Positions 38,352 through 51,121 of a DNA stretch of 64,000 nt are shown one piece after another. The stretch is from assembly GCA_030704615.1 (NCBI GenBank), contig CM060732.1, forward strand, positions 52,948,001-53,012,000. The letters run 5' to 3'. The notes under the pieces were generated by a model. That model was not told where the DNA came from and ran no database searches. It saw nothing but the letters and a program-made list of their open reading frames with translations. Positions within the stretch are counted from its first letter, which is position 1. Every line of letters begins with the position of its first letter. A program made the position numbers and the translations under genes. Source of the DNA: Takakia lepidozioides (lineage: Eukaryota; Plantae; Bryophyta).

Positions 38352-39867
38352 GATGTAGTCGGGATTTGCATTGCAACTCTGCCGGTTTGCCGTCCTTGTC
38401 ATTGATACTCAAACCTGGCTGACTCAGACTTTGGAAATGGCTACATTTGCTTAATGGGAACATTTTTTGAATTCATGAGATCAATGTTGTTTTGCAATCA
38501 ATATTTGTTTTCAATCTTGTTTTTCAATGCATGTTTGTCTTGCAACCACGTGGACTTATATATGGCTTAGTGCTGGTTAATTAATGGCAACACTTTCTTG
38601 AATGAGATCAATCTTGTATTACAGAATTGGCTTATGACTTCACTTTGTATGAGATGAATGGGATTCATGTCATGAATGGCCTTTTATAAGCAATCTTATT
38701 TCACTCATTCATGCCACATTCATCCAGTCATTATCATCCAACATTCATCATGCATTCATCCATTTCCCTAAACCCAATCATCCATGCTTACTTCGTCGAG
38801 AAGTTTTTCGTACACATTCGTCCCACATTTTCTGTCATGGAGGTCGACATCTTCGGTCCCAGCATGATATGTTAGCCTCCAATAGGCACCGGTTTGCGTC
38901 CACGACAATATGCCCTGCTTCTTCCACGGTTACACGTTCCACTTCCAATTTGTGCTCACGCTTAAAGGAATCTGCTCACTATTAGTGGAATCTGCTCATG
39001 CTTAGTGCGCTAAGCGTGAGCGCGCTCACACCACAACTGCTCTCTACTTTATCAGTCTTGCCATGCACACAGAGTATGATAATTCATGTATGTGGTGGCA
39101 TGGTCACTCTTATGTATGATGGGCGGAGGTGTTCAGTGTGGACCCAATAGTATACAATAGTATCCGAATATCGATCCAAAAGTCCAGGGCAGTTTGTAAT
39201 ATTACCTGTCGTCACTCCAAGAAAAGTTGGCTTTTACGACTCTGTCTTATGACTGCAAATGCAGTTATGAAAGCCATTTACGACTCCCTGACTCTGAAGA
39301 AGTAGAAGCTGAGTTAGTTGTGACATGACAATTACGACTCCCTAGGCTTTCTGTGACGTGGCGCCTAAGCAATGCACTCATAGTCATATATGTCGGCTTT
39401 ACTGAAATACTGAACGGACAGTGTAGTCCATGTAAGCGGTTGTGCAAGAGTGACACATGCTTGACACAAAAAATGACATGTGGCAAAGTGTTCGCTCTCC
39501 ATGACTTTGAACTATGACTACGTGCGTGCTAATCCGGTTGCAACACGTGGCGCGTTGCAATTTTTACACGTGGTCCCTCAGGAGATTGACATGTGACATG
39601 ATGGGTGTTTTATTATGTATTTCCACACATTTGTATTTCTGCCACGTGGTGCATTACTATTGGAGAGTGAAAATAGATGCAGTCATTATTATGACTATGG
39701 TAGAAGTCATATATATATATATACATATATAATGAACAGGGACAGAGGCCCTGGAAATTTTAATATATAAAGGGGGACGAGAAGTACATAAGGAAAACCT
39801 AGGAAGGCACTGCTTCAAGACTAGAGGCAAAAAGCTGCAAAAAAACTAAGCAAGGAGAGAGCACTAA

Positions 39868-40590
39868 TGTCGCGGCCCTTTGCCTTAAGGGCGGGAGGTC
39901 GGGACACAAGAGGGGCTGCCCCTGTGGTGGGGGCAGTGGCAACAATAGGAACGGGGGCTAAAGCACCTTGAGTGCCCAAGGCACTCAAGGAGGCGGAGGC
40001 GCTTACTAGGTGTAGCCCCGCACACTGGGTTGCGGTGGGGGTGGGTCCACGAGGAGTGGTGGTAGCTTAGTGGGTCTTAGTGGGGGTGGCATAGGACTCA
40101 CCATGGGGTGGAGACCTTGTGGTGGGAGTCGTGGGGAGTCTTGGGACTCATCACGGTCCAATGGGGCCGTGGTGGGTGGGCCAAGACTCACCGCGACTCA
40201 TCACCGGGAATCGAGGGTTTTCGTGGTGGTTCGCCATAAAAGGATGGTGTTGTTTGTGAAACCCCCGCGGACAGTCACATAAGTATATATAGGGAGTAGT
40301 AACCCCGAGAACGGTGCAAGCCCGTTGGTGACCAAAAACTAGTGAGTTAGCGTGCGAGCCGGAAAGCGACCAAGGTGTAGGGAGCTGTTCCGGACTGCCA
40401 ACAACCAAAGGGAATTTCCACTAGGCCCAAATTGAGAGAGGGTCTTGTGGAGGAGCAAAGGGGGACCGTTATGTCCCGGTGAGCAGCCGAAGCTCCGAGT
40501 TGGCCCGGCGGCCAGTTAGAGAGTTAGGCACGCGCATTAAAGCGAGTAACTATGACTTGAGGGGAGCTTACCGAAGTGAGGTGCGCGACA
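39868..40590 (+). mobile_element. Solo LTR of the gypsy family
   Basis: Full LTR flanked by TSD ACTAA (39863-39867 and 40591-40595), with no PBS or internal region. Confidence 0.95.
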
Positions 40591-40739
40591 ACTAAAGACT
40601 AAGAGCCAGGGCCTGCAAGGAGGTAGAGGCCAGGCTGCACAAAGCAGCCCAGCACAGAAGTGCCAGAAGAGGCATTGTGGACTCCCTCTCTTGATCCTCT
40701 TCCAGAAGCTGTGGTCATGGTTGAGGTGCCTGATTTTAT

Positions 40740-41310
40740 CAACTGTGCCACTGCAGCTGCTGCCTTTAGTTGACCATCTACCCATGCAGGTTTCTTGTAG
40801 ATATTGATCCACAAGGAATCATAGGTAATCTTGTGCTTGGAAATCTGGCCCTCTTGGATGAATCTGTGCCCACACTCTACCCCTGTTCCTTCAGCTATCC
40901 ATGCATCTGCACAAATCATGCATACATCATTGCCTTGTTGCAAGCAGCTGACAATGACAGCCTAGATTTTTTCTAGGAAACACCCAACTCAACTTATCAC
41001 ACTAGTTCTTATGCTCAATTGCATCTGCTACTCTCTGGACCCACACTCTATCTCTGCTCCTGCAGCTATCCATGGCTCTGCACAAATCATGCATTCATCC
41101 TTGCATTGCTGCAAGCATCTGACAATGACAACCTAGATTTGTTCTAGGAAGCACCCAACTCAGTTTATCACACTAGTCGTATGCTGAATTGCGTATGTTT
41201 GTAATCCAACAGGCATTCACCTTTTTGCCTCGATTGTCCCACCATTGACTGGGGTCAAAAAAGTATTCATTCCACAACTGCTCCTCCTCTCTTGTACGGG
41301 GGTTGCTATT
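40740..41310 (-). pseudogene. Fragment with an OSB-type PDF ssDNA-binding motif
   Basis: LWNEYFFDPSQWWDNRGKKVN ... HPRGPDF/KHKITYDSLWINIYKKPAWV (1-nt frameshift), interrupted by a ~170-bp tandem duplication. Confidence 0.6.
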
Positions 41311-41554
41311 CCATGAGCTCATGAGCTCATGAGCGGCATGGCTCACCCATGAGCCACCAAGTAACACACTACGAATTTCGGCAGGTTTTTTTCGGGCCCA
41401 AAACGATAAAATAATCGAAAGTAGTATAAGAAGAGAAGGTTTTCGAAGATTTCCACGCTCATGCTGGAAGCACTCCGCTCATAAGTACCAGTATCTGCTC
41501 ATGACTTGGAGCCCAAGCTCATGCCGCCAGGCCAGATCATAGAAAAACAGAATT

Positions 41555-42060
41555 ATGGCCAATAACGGCACCGAAATTACCCCAGACTCCGAAAACGCAA
41601 TGGCGACCTATAACCGTGGATAGTACTGTTGCAGAAGTGCAGGATGGTTGGGTATAATGGCGTCGTAATTGGGTACAGGAAAAGAAATAGCCGGCTGAAG
41701 GCTCGGGAGTGAAGCCAATAACGGTGCCGAAATTGGGCTCCGCCAACCAAATACCCGGCTGAAGCCTCCGGAGTGCAGCCAATAACGGCGCCGAAATTGG
41801 GGTCCCGAAACCAAATACTCGGCTGAAGCCACCGGAGTGCAGCCAATAACGGCGCCAAAATTGGGGTCCGGAAACCAAATATCCGGCTGAAGGCTCGGGA
41901 GTGCAACCGATAACGGCGCCGAAATTGGGCTCCGGAAACAAAATTCCCGGCTGAAGCTTCCGCAGTCCATCCAATAATGACGCCAAAATTGGGCTCCAGA
42001 GAGCAAATACACGGCTTACGGTGAGGGAGTTTTGCCAATAACGGCACCGAAATTGAGGAT
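41555..42060 (+). repeat. 64-bp tandem repeat with imperfect palindrome CCAATAACGGCGCCGAAATTGG
   Basis: CCAATAACGG at 41715, 41779, 41843, 41907, 41971 and 42035 (exact 64 period, two variants), plus 41559. Confidence 0.9.
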
Positions 42061-42289
42061 AGGGCCGACAAGTGCAAGATGCAAACTGTCCTGAAACTGG
42101 TGCGGATTTCTCTAATAAAAGCACATGTCGGAGGAAATTCAAGTTTTGTCGCATACGACATTGGCAGTGCAGCAATGATATATCCCTCTTCCGCCGGCCT
42201 CGCTCTCATTTTGCTCTTCACTCTTCTCTTCTGTGCCCATCTCATCCCTACTCTGTGTTCTTGTTGTGTCGTGAGGCCATGTCGTGCCC

Positions 42290-44867
42290 GAATCACATCT
42301 ACGATCCAGTGTACCAACGAGTTATGACAATTGCAGTTTGTGACATGCAATCCGAGGATACGGAATCCCAGAAGCTCATGTGGAATTCCCTGATACGTGT
42401 CATGGGCTGCCATGGGCTGCCATCTCCAAAATTCGCAGGTTTCATGGCGGATAGTGCTCAAGCAAATTTCAATGCTGTTCGTATTGTCTTCGGATCGGGC
42501 GACCCAAAAGTGCCTATGCCAGGAAGAGAGCGTACATGTCTATTCCATTGGACACAATCTCTGGAAAAACATACAAAGTCGGACATCAAACCAGAGATGC
42601 AGACCTCAGCACCGTAAATTGTGCAAAGAGTACAAAGATGCTAGAACAATGAAGGAGGCGGACACTTTGTTCCAGACAATTCGTGCCTGGTGGTTCTCTT
42701 CTAGAGCTGCATCACTTGAGAGTATGAGAGCATTGGAAGATTGGCTGGCGTTTTGGCACTTCCGGTATAGACAGTGGGGAGCAGCCATGACAATGGTGCG
42801 AGGCTTGTATTGCTAGCTTTATTCATACATTTGCTTTCCATATTTTTGACTCATTGCTTTCTTTATGTTGTTTCCTGTGCACTGTTCTGAAGTGTGGTTA
42901 TCCTCTTTGCAGAACATGTCCATTGAGGAAATGGCGGACATGCCATCTTGCAATTTGGCAGAAATTGTGCACAACGCATGGTTGCAGCAGTCTGGGAAAC
43001 GAGGTCGGGATTTGTATGTGGCAACAACAGATGATTTGATACGTGCCTTGCAACAACAAACCCGATACCGTGATTTCTTGCGAGGTGGGGTTGGTGGCAA
43101 GGGTCCGGACAAATGGGAGTTGATGTTGCGTGCTGCAAACAGATCTGGGGATCCAATCAAGATAGCACGGGCGGTGAGCATGTATGCCCAGGGAACGCCA
43201 CTTGTTTCTAGAGTTCCATATCTTGAAGGGGAGGAGAGATTCGGCTCCTGTAAGAGGAAATTGAACACTCCACCTGGTTCGGATTCCGATTCGCACAGGG
43301 CAGACCGTGATAACTTCTCGAAGCCTCGTGTTCCCCTGCATGACAGCTCCAAGTCTGGAACCTCCATTGTGGAGGAACCTCCAACACGACGACAAACTCC
43401 AGCATCAAACAGTGCCACTGAAATGGTGCAGGAGAGAAACAACCCCCTTCATGTGCTTGAGTCCGCATGCCCCGACCACGTTTGGCACATAGAACGCACA
43501 AGTGTAGGGTCTCGTGTGAAATGTACAGCGATCAGGGCAACTAATTTCGAGAAGTGCACTTCATCTATATCCAAAGGTGGTGCCCGAACTCCTGCTCCGA
43601 CTTTCACGGGTTTGATGCGTCCATACGGTCAACCAGAAGCCAAGAACCACAAGTTCTGGTTCTGCGCAGATGATTGTGCCAGATGTGTGCATGAAACTGT
43701 GCGTCCTTCCGTAGTGATGAAGCCATCTCCTCCAACTGCTTGGGCCGTGAAGGTGGGAACACATCTCAGATTTCAGGAGATTGAAATGCTGGAGGAGGCA
43801 GGCTTTTCCCTTGCGAGACAACCCCAACTCCATGCATGTGCTACTACTTCTACGTCCTCCCGGGTCCCCCCGGCAAATCCTGACTTGTGGGCCAACCAAA
43901 CGAGATGGAAAGCTCGTTCGGCGTTTCCCTCCAACCGCTGAACACTTTGGCAAAGTGGAGTCCGCAAGAATGCTCCAAGCTCGTGTTGGAAGCACCACGG
44001 AAGTACCCGATCCAGGATATGGTCGGGTATTCACAATCATCACTTCCACATCTGCTGTTCATGACAGGACCTACGACATCACGGTTTCCAATTTCCCCAA
44101 TTGCACATGTCCTGATTTTGTGAATATGCTATCAACCAGTTTGGGCAAGAGAGGTAAATTCATACCCTGCAAACATTTGTATTTCATATTTTTGAAGAGG
44201 ATGGTTTGCGATCCCAAACGTGACAACTTCATTCACCAGGCCACTATGAGTTTCAACGAGGTCGATACTCTATTGCAGCGGGATACAACACATGGGTAAC
44301 ATCAACTATGCAATGTGGTATGTGGACGACCATGATTTGAAATGTGTAATTCACATCAATTCGTCGGCGGTGCAATGATATGGCCTCCAACTATATGGAG
44401 TGAGTGACAACTTTTAAAAGCACATTTGTCATTGCACCGTTCGAAGTCTACATGTCTTGCTGTCGCTATGCACTACAATCATCTTTTGAAGATGATCCTA
44501 ACTCTCATTGTTATTTGAGGAGGGAGGAAGGTCTTCCCGTGGCAGCCTCTATGGCGCACACTTTGTGAGGATATTTTCTCGTCCTCGTAATTGTAAAAGT
44601 GAAACAAGCATTTGTAATTGTACAATGTTGGATGCTACAATTGTAGGCCTCATGGTAGTCTTGATTCTATTTAGGCAAGATTCCCTGCATTAATTCCATG
44701 GTCATAGGACCATCCTCGGTTATAGGCGGCACATGTTAATGCTGACGTGGCAGATGATGGACAATGCCACGTCATCATTTGCCGCCACATCAGCATGCTG
44801 ACATGACGTTCACGCCACGTCAGCTGGCGTGAGCGTACGCTTGCGCGCTCACGCCATTGCGTCGTTG
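42290..44867 (+). mobile_element. Element 3: 5'-truncated transposase (DDE + SWIM, stop at 44299) and terminus; inverted near-copy of element 2
   Basis: MADSA, RTCLFHW, SCNLAEIVHNAW, CTCPDF..CKHLY; reverse complement of ~15512-18125. Confidence 0.85.
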
Positions 44868-45129
44868 CAAACTGTCTTTACACTTACCGGCCACTTTACT
44901 GACGTTAACTCATGTCCACCTGTCACTGACCCTATGAACTGTGCAACTTGTGTGGGCTGTGTTGCCTGTGTTGGGCTGTGACAAGCTGTGGTAAGCTGTG
45001 GTATGCTGTAATAGGCTGTGGTGGGCTATGATGGCTGTGTGAACACCTATGTTCTCTGCTATGGCCATACACATTCGGCTTAATGACAAGTGCTTCATGC
45101 TCCGCTGGTGTTACTGGTATAGCCTGTGT

Positions 45130-45700
45130 CTGCATCTGTGTTTCAAGATGTAGATCACGTTGCAATGGTCTATCATGGATACCACTGTATCCCTTCAACT
45201 TATTGGCATTGACTCTACCAAGCATCTCTTTGTTAATGGTTTGTAATATAACTGTGTTGTTATCATACATCTTCTGTATGACATAAGGTCATTTCCATGG
45301 TGACTTAAGCTTAGGAGCTTTAATCTTTCCCTTCTTCTGCAACCACAGTATCAAATCACCCGTCTTAAAAGTCTTCAATTTACCTTTATCAAACTGATCC
45401 TTCCTCTTTATCTGAATTCTGGTCATGTTATGTGCTGCATCAGCACGTACTTCTTCCACATGATATAATTCTTGTTTCCTTACTTTAATTGAATCCTCCA
45501 ATTCCATTCTACTATGCACTATCTTGGCTAAGATAGTCAATGCAAACAGGACAGACTGGGATACAAAGTTGTTGACGGTCATACATGACTTCATATAAAG
45601 TCACCACCAAGTATACACCCTTCCAATTAGTTTATGGTATGGAAGCTTTACTTCCAGTGGAATTCTTATTACCTACCATGAGAATTGTTGGTGGCCAAAA
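45130..45700. pseudogene. Rearranged integrase C-terminal fragments (non-chromovirus gypsy)
   Basis: Minus strand: KLKSPWK*PYVI...VILQT...GRVNANKLKGY. Plus strand: SYKVTTKYTPFQLVYGMEALLPVEF. Confidence 0.65.
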
Positions 45701-45779
45701 ACTATTGTTGGTGGCCTCTGCCTACCCATTGCCCTGTGGGTAATAGGTTGTACTCTTCCTGTGCACAATCATGAACACT

Positions 45780-47884
45780 TTAGTCAATAGTTCTATGGTG
45801 GCAGAAATTGAGAATGGTGACATTCTCTATGAAAACTCTGGCATGGTCGGAGAACCAATAGTACCAAAGATGCAGAGTCAGCCCAAGGAAATCCCTGCTG
45901 TGCAGATTATGCCCAAACCTATGGCGGAGGTTTAAGGGGTAAAGCACAAGGGTACTGCAGCACCTGCGGAGGATGAGGTGGCTCAGAAAGAAGATCTTGA
46001 TCAGAGAATGACCATACAGTGTACCACACTAACAACTACTCTGGAACTGACTGCACTAGAAGTTAAAGAACCAAGCTGAAAGATGTTTAATGGTGGAGGC
46101 AGAGTCAATAGAGCAAGGGAAACTCATTGCTGACATGAAGGCTACTCTATCACAATGAGGATACCTTTCAGCAGTACCGTCAGGTCGATGCCCAGAAGGA
46201 CAGATACATCCTTGAGTTGCAGCAAACATTCACAGTACGGGAGAATGAGCTTTCTGTAACTGACAAGGCCTGGAAAGAAGCCAATAATATGTTTGCTGCC
46301 TATGCAGCTCTGGTTGAACCTCATGCAAAGTGCATGGAGAGTTTACAGCAACAGTTGGAAACATATAGACTCAAGGAGGAGCAGGATCTCCGTGGTGCTA
46401 CACATGACTTGGTGGATAATCATTTTTTGCAAGAGTGGTTAACACAAGGGCTAGTGGCAGGGAAGGCACCAAGAAAGCTCACCCAAGATGAGATGAATGA
46501 TCTCAGGCTACGGGTGTAGAACATTGCCACAACCACTATAGACAATGTCTACAGTCGGATAGCTGAGTTGCAGGAGGATCTGGAAGGGTTGCAGACTCAA
46601 GTGGATGACTTGAGCTCCAACATTGATAAAAGGGCCTTTGTTCCCGAGGAACAACTTATGGCTACTTATTTGCACGCAAGGACTCTGATTTTCCAATCTT
46701 CAGCACAGGAGGTACAGGACTTGCCAACATCAGGAGGGACAGTGGCAACTGCAGTCCAGCAACCATGCCAGGTCGACAATGTTGATACCATGGCACTGCA
46801 ACAATCGGAGGTTTGGGGTGATGCTTCTTTTAACCCACCTACTACTGCTGCTGCACTTGAATACAATCGGGCTATGATTATGCCCTTCAACCAAATTCCT
46901 ATTATTATGGATTTGGCTTGGAAAGAATTCAGTCCTCTAGAGTCTTTGACACACTATTACCAGATCATGCGCATTTGGTTGCCAGTGGCAATTCGGACTA
47001 AGGTTCTTCCGAATGACCGACCCATTGAAGATCATCATTTTGCACGGTACTGGTCTGAGGCAGGCACCATGTTGAAGGAATTAATTGCCTTCCACATTGT
47101 TCATGGGTACATCTACACCAAGACAAATGAGGTACCTAGTTTGGTCATGGGTTGTGGACTATATTATGCTGCTTGTTTTATTGCACGTTATCACATTGAA
47201 CAGTAGAAGATGCAGATGAGATTTCAGACTTATTCCAATGGGGATCATAGGGTGATACCTTCGGTTCCATCACATACATATCTGTATGATGTAAGAATCA
47301 TGCTTAAGAAGGATTCCCAACTTCGTTCTTGATTTATTTTTGCTCTAGAGAATTTGGCCAAGGAAAACTTGGGTCTTGACCACATTTTTTCTAAGGGGCA
47401 TGAAGCCAGAAAGTGGTTACACTTCTCCAATGTCATTGGCACACCACTCAGCTATACAGACGAGGAGCTGCGGGAGTACACTAATTTTGCCCGCAAGAGA
47501 TTGATACAAGTTTTAAAGTTTAAGCTTCCAGACATGGTGAGCAAACACTGTATGCCACGCAGGATTCCTGAGAAGCCACATGAGGTCAGGGCACCGAAAG
47601 GCCACCGGGGGGAAGATGATTATGATACTACTGGTTCTATGGAGGAACCTTTTGACATGGCTGAGGATTATGCAATACAAATGGCAGAGAAGAAACGACG
47701 GGGATCTCCTATGCCTGAGAAGTTACCTCCTTATCAGCCAAAGGAAGGGCAATCATTTCCATTTGGTGGACAATCATCTCCACCAACCAGCGATATGGCT
47801 CGGACTCGCACACAGAGCCCTCCAAGGGACTCTCACCGGCAGAAGGGTGTTCGTTCACAAATGTTTGCTGATCCTAAACAGTAA
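45780..47884 (+). pseudogene. Decayed extra ORF of unknown function between integrase and the 3' LTR
   Basis: Consecutive ORF pieces 46217-46519, 46568-47206 and 47354-47884 in one frame, separated by stops; coiled-coil-like first part. Confidence 0.5.
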
Positions 47885-47922
47885 ACCGTGAGGACACGAC
47901 TTTTTGAGAGGGGGAGGGATAA

Positions 47923-48812
47923 TGTTAGAGGGCTGTCTGGGACTTAGACAGTTTTACGGGTTCTGTGGGGTACTCTTAATTTTGCGCAGACTTACGGATG
48001 GTAGACTTAGACCAACAGAGGCCTTAGGGGTGACAGACACAGACCTTAGGGGTGGTAGACAGGCTTACACAGTCAGTACAGTCTTACATAATCTGACACA
48101 GCCTAACACAGTCTGACACAACCTTACACAGCTTGTCACAGCCTAACACAGTTTAACACAGCCTTACACAGCTTGTCACAGCCTGACACAGCCTGACATA
48201 GTCTGACACAGTCTATCACAGTCCAACACAGCCTCACACAACCAATCACAGCCCGACACAGTCACAGCCCGACACAGTTTCACACAGCCAGTCACAGCCC
48301 AACACAGCTTGGTACAGCCCGTCACAGCGTTCACAAGGAACGGTTATTATTGGCACGGAACAACTGTGTGGGAACGACATCTGCAGAGGGAACGTGCATT
48401 CTGTTTTGGATGACAGTTAGTTAGTTAGGCTGTTAGAATAGTTTGCAAGTAGAATAGGCAGAGTAGCAACATGGAAGGGGTCACTTCTTAGGGAGCACTT
48501 CTTGGTCATCACTGGAGGAGATTAGGCGGAGAGCACGACCTTGAGCGCAAGGATGGAGAGCATGGTGAAGGAAGAGAGACGATTTGTTGATGCTTGATAC
48601 ATGCAAGCTGTAGAGATGTACTATAGAGCAGATTAGAGACACCATGGCTTCGGCCTGATACTTAATAGATATTAATCTGATACATATTCATACTCACACT
48701 GTGTAGAGAGACCTGAGTGAAGTTGTGGAATGAATGGGTGAGTGGATGGAACCTGGTAGATTGCTGAAGCAATCTGATACTTAATTATAGACAGTAAGGT
48801 AGCTTGCTAACA
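47923..48812 (+). repeat. Probable 3' LTR of a second retrotransposon family
   Basis: PPT GAGAGGGGGAGGGATAA immediately before TGTTAG; ends in CTAACA (6-bp inverted termini). Confidence 0.7.
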
Positions 48813-48959
48813 TGAATGCGAGAAGGAAGCACCCCCCATGATATACTAGCTATAGGTCATGACTGATTGTTCTGAGCGGGCTGAGTGCTTAGAGATTTCC
48901 AACTCTTCTATCTTGGAGTTCCCATCTCGGATAGCGAAGGGATGAGTGAGTAAAGCCGC

Positions 48960-49587
48960 TCGACACATATGTCCAGGGCCGTTTATTCTCGACATTCTGC
49001 CTTGTGAAATCGAAGTCCAACTTTAAGTTCTCGGATCGGGGATCTCTCGTGGACTCTCTGTACAATCCTGTCAAGCAGAATGTGATCTTCAATCATGTGC
49101 CTACTGAGAACCTGACCAAGAGGGAAGATGTTGGAGGTTATTGGCGCGGGTCGAAGGAGAAGAGTCCGAACTTTATGCAAATTCTTATGGAGACTTGTTC
49201 ACCGCTGGGTGGTTTTGTCTTTGACTTCACTGCTGGAACATGTATACATATCACTTGTTTATATTGAAGCATTATATGTTCTCTGGTATGTGTACTTGAG
49301 TACAAATGTTCGGCTCATCTGTGGAATGTTATGAATGTGAATGGGCCTCTATGGTGGCGACTCGGAAGGTAGGCAAAAAATTGTGCGCGCTGGAGGCAGA
49401 CACCGAGTTGGTGTCCATCGTATTGGAGGGTTTCCAACTCCATCATGGCTGGGAGGATGATGGTGCAAATGATAGTGAGAAGATTGAACTAGCATCTATG
49501 GGATATATCGACACTCTGCTGGGCGGGGCAGAAGAGAAAAACCAAGCAAAAAATCTTGCAACTGCACCTTCCGAAGACGGGTCATAG
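48960..49587 (+). pseudogene. C-terminal amino-methyltransferase half of another cargo-gene subfamily
   Basis: YWRGSKEKSPNFMQILMETCSPLGGFVFDFTAGT / ASMVATRKVGKKLCALEADTEL aligns with 6341-6856, including the break after motif I. Confidence 0.8.
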
Positions 49588-50009
49588 TGAGTAAGTTTTA
49601 TCAATCATCCTTATTGAGGTTGTTGTCGTTGTTTGAGTATGGTTTTGGCTAGAGGTTCATACCAAGTGAGTTCTGTGCACAGGTCGGGACGACTTTCCGG
49701 AGAGCTTAGCCTCGACGTACAGTGGTTGGATCCTGCCAGTTTTGCACGGTTTTACCATGCTAGACCTTAGTTGTCTATGTTGGAGGTTGTCCGAACTCAT
49801 GTTAATAATTAGCCATGGTGAGAGTCACAAAAGAAGGGATGGCTTATTTGCGATAAAGCCTACAAAAAACTTTCTGGAACCATTACTTTCACAAATTTAG
49901 CACGTTCTTTGTGAGCTTTGAAAAAAGGGTTAATGTGTTCTATTATTTGCAACAAATCATCTTCTAAAGTAGTGAAATTTGGGTATATGTTCTTGCATAT
50001 GATAAGATA

Positions 50010-50910
50010 ATCCAGTTATCTGCAGTTTAAGCCCTACAAATTTTCAATTCCGCATTGAGAAATTAAAATTAAAAAAGTAGTAGTTTCAGGAATGATAATC
50101 CAGGTATCAGCACCCAACAAAATTTCAATTCCGCATTGAGAAATTAAAATTAAAAAAGTAGTAGTTCGGGAGTAATACTCCACGTATCTGCAGTTTAAGC
50201 AGTACAAATTTAAATTTCGCCTTGAGAGATTAAAATTAAAAAAGTAGTAGTTTCGGGAGTGATACTCCAGGTATCTGCAGATTAAGCCGTACAAATTTTA
50301 ATTTCGCCTTGAGAAACTAAAATTAAAAAAGTAATAGTTTCGGGAGTGATACTCCAGGTATCTGCAGTTTAAGCCGTACAAATTTAATTTCGCTTTGCGA
50401 AATTAAAATTAAAAAATTAGTAGTTTCGGGAGTGATACTTCAAATATCTGTAGTTTAAGCCCTACAAATTTTAATTTCGCATGGAAATTAAAATTTTAAA
50501 AAAGTAGTTTCGGGAGTGATAATCCAGATATCTACAGTTTAAGTCCTATAATTTTTAATTTCGCACTGCAAAATTAAAATTAAAAAAGTAGTAGTTTCAG
50601 GAGTGATACTCCAAGTACCTGCAGTTTAAGCCGTACAAATTTTAGTTTCGCAGTGCGAAATTAAAAATTAAAAAATAGTAATTTTGGGAGTGATACTCTA
50701 GGTATCTACAGTTTAAGCCCTTCATATTTTATTTTGGCACTGCCAAATTAAAATTAAAAAAGTTGTAGTTTCGGGAGTAATACTCGAGGTATCTGCAGTT
50801 TAAGCCCTACAATTTTTTTAATTTCGCATTGAGAAATTAAAAGTAAAATTAAAAAAGTAGTGGTTCGTGAGTGATAATCTATGTATCTGCAGTTTAAGCC
50901 CTACAAACTT
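50010..50910 (+). repeat. AT-rich ~87-bp tandem repeat (~10 units) with two internal hairpins
   Basis: TAGTTTCGGGAGT recurs at ~50081, 50162, 50248, 50335, 50421, 50505, 50592, 50679, 50766 and 50860; a partial unit occurs at 58190-58222. Confidence 0.9.
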
Positions 50911-51121
50911 TCAATTTTGAAATGCACTCAAGCCTGTGAGGTCCACAAAACTCTAAATAGATTGAAGGAACAATCCGGGCAGTCCATGCAACCCCCATCT
51001 CCAATAATAGTTTGTTCCCATGAAGTTGCATCCCACGCACACATTGCAAACAGGACAACAAGGACACACAACCATCCCATTTCAAATTTGGCCCCGAATA
51101 AAACCAAAAGAAAACTTCATA

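Larger units (their letters stand above)
5455..39044. mobile_element. Element 1: Mutator-like DNA transposon with ParB-MTase cargo gene, split by a 23 kb LTR-retrotransposon insertion
   Basis: Removing 11659-34977 (TSD TATTC) leaves the cargo gene (-) head-to-head with the transposase (+). Both ends carry GCTCAC/GTGAGC motifs, an AACCGYGG box (5523 and 38924 reverse complement) and reciprocal TGGATG/CATCCA tracts. The left boundary is approximate and no TSD was found. Confidence 0.7.

Noticed and set aside
39050-39760. Short dyads, CACGTG boxes and an (AT)n tract
   Set aside because: Probably a non-autonomous element remnant, but no ends or second copy could be defined.
42082-42090. CAAACTGTC matching the 9 bp after 44867 as a TSD
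   Set aside because: No terminal motif follows 42090, and the same 9-mer occurs at ~18890, so it is probably chance.
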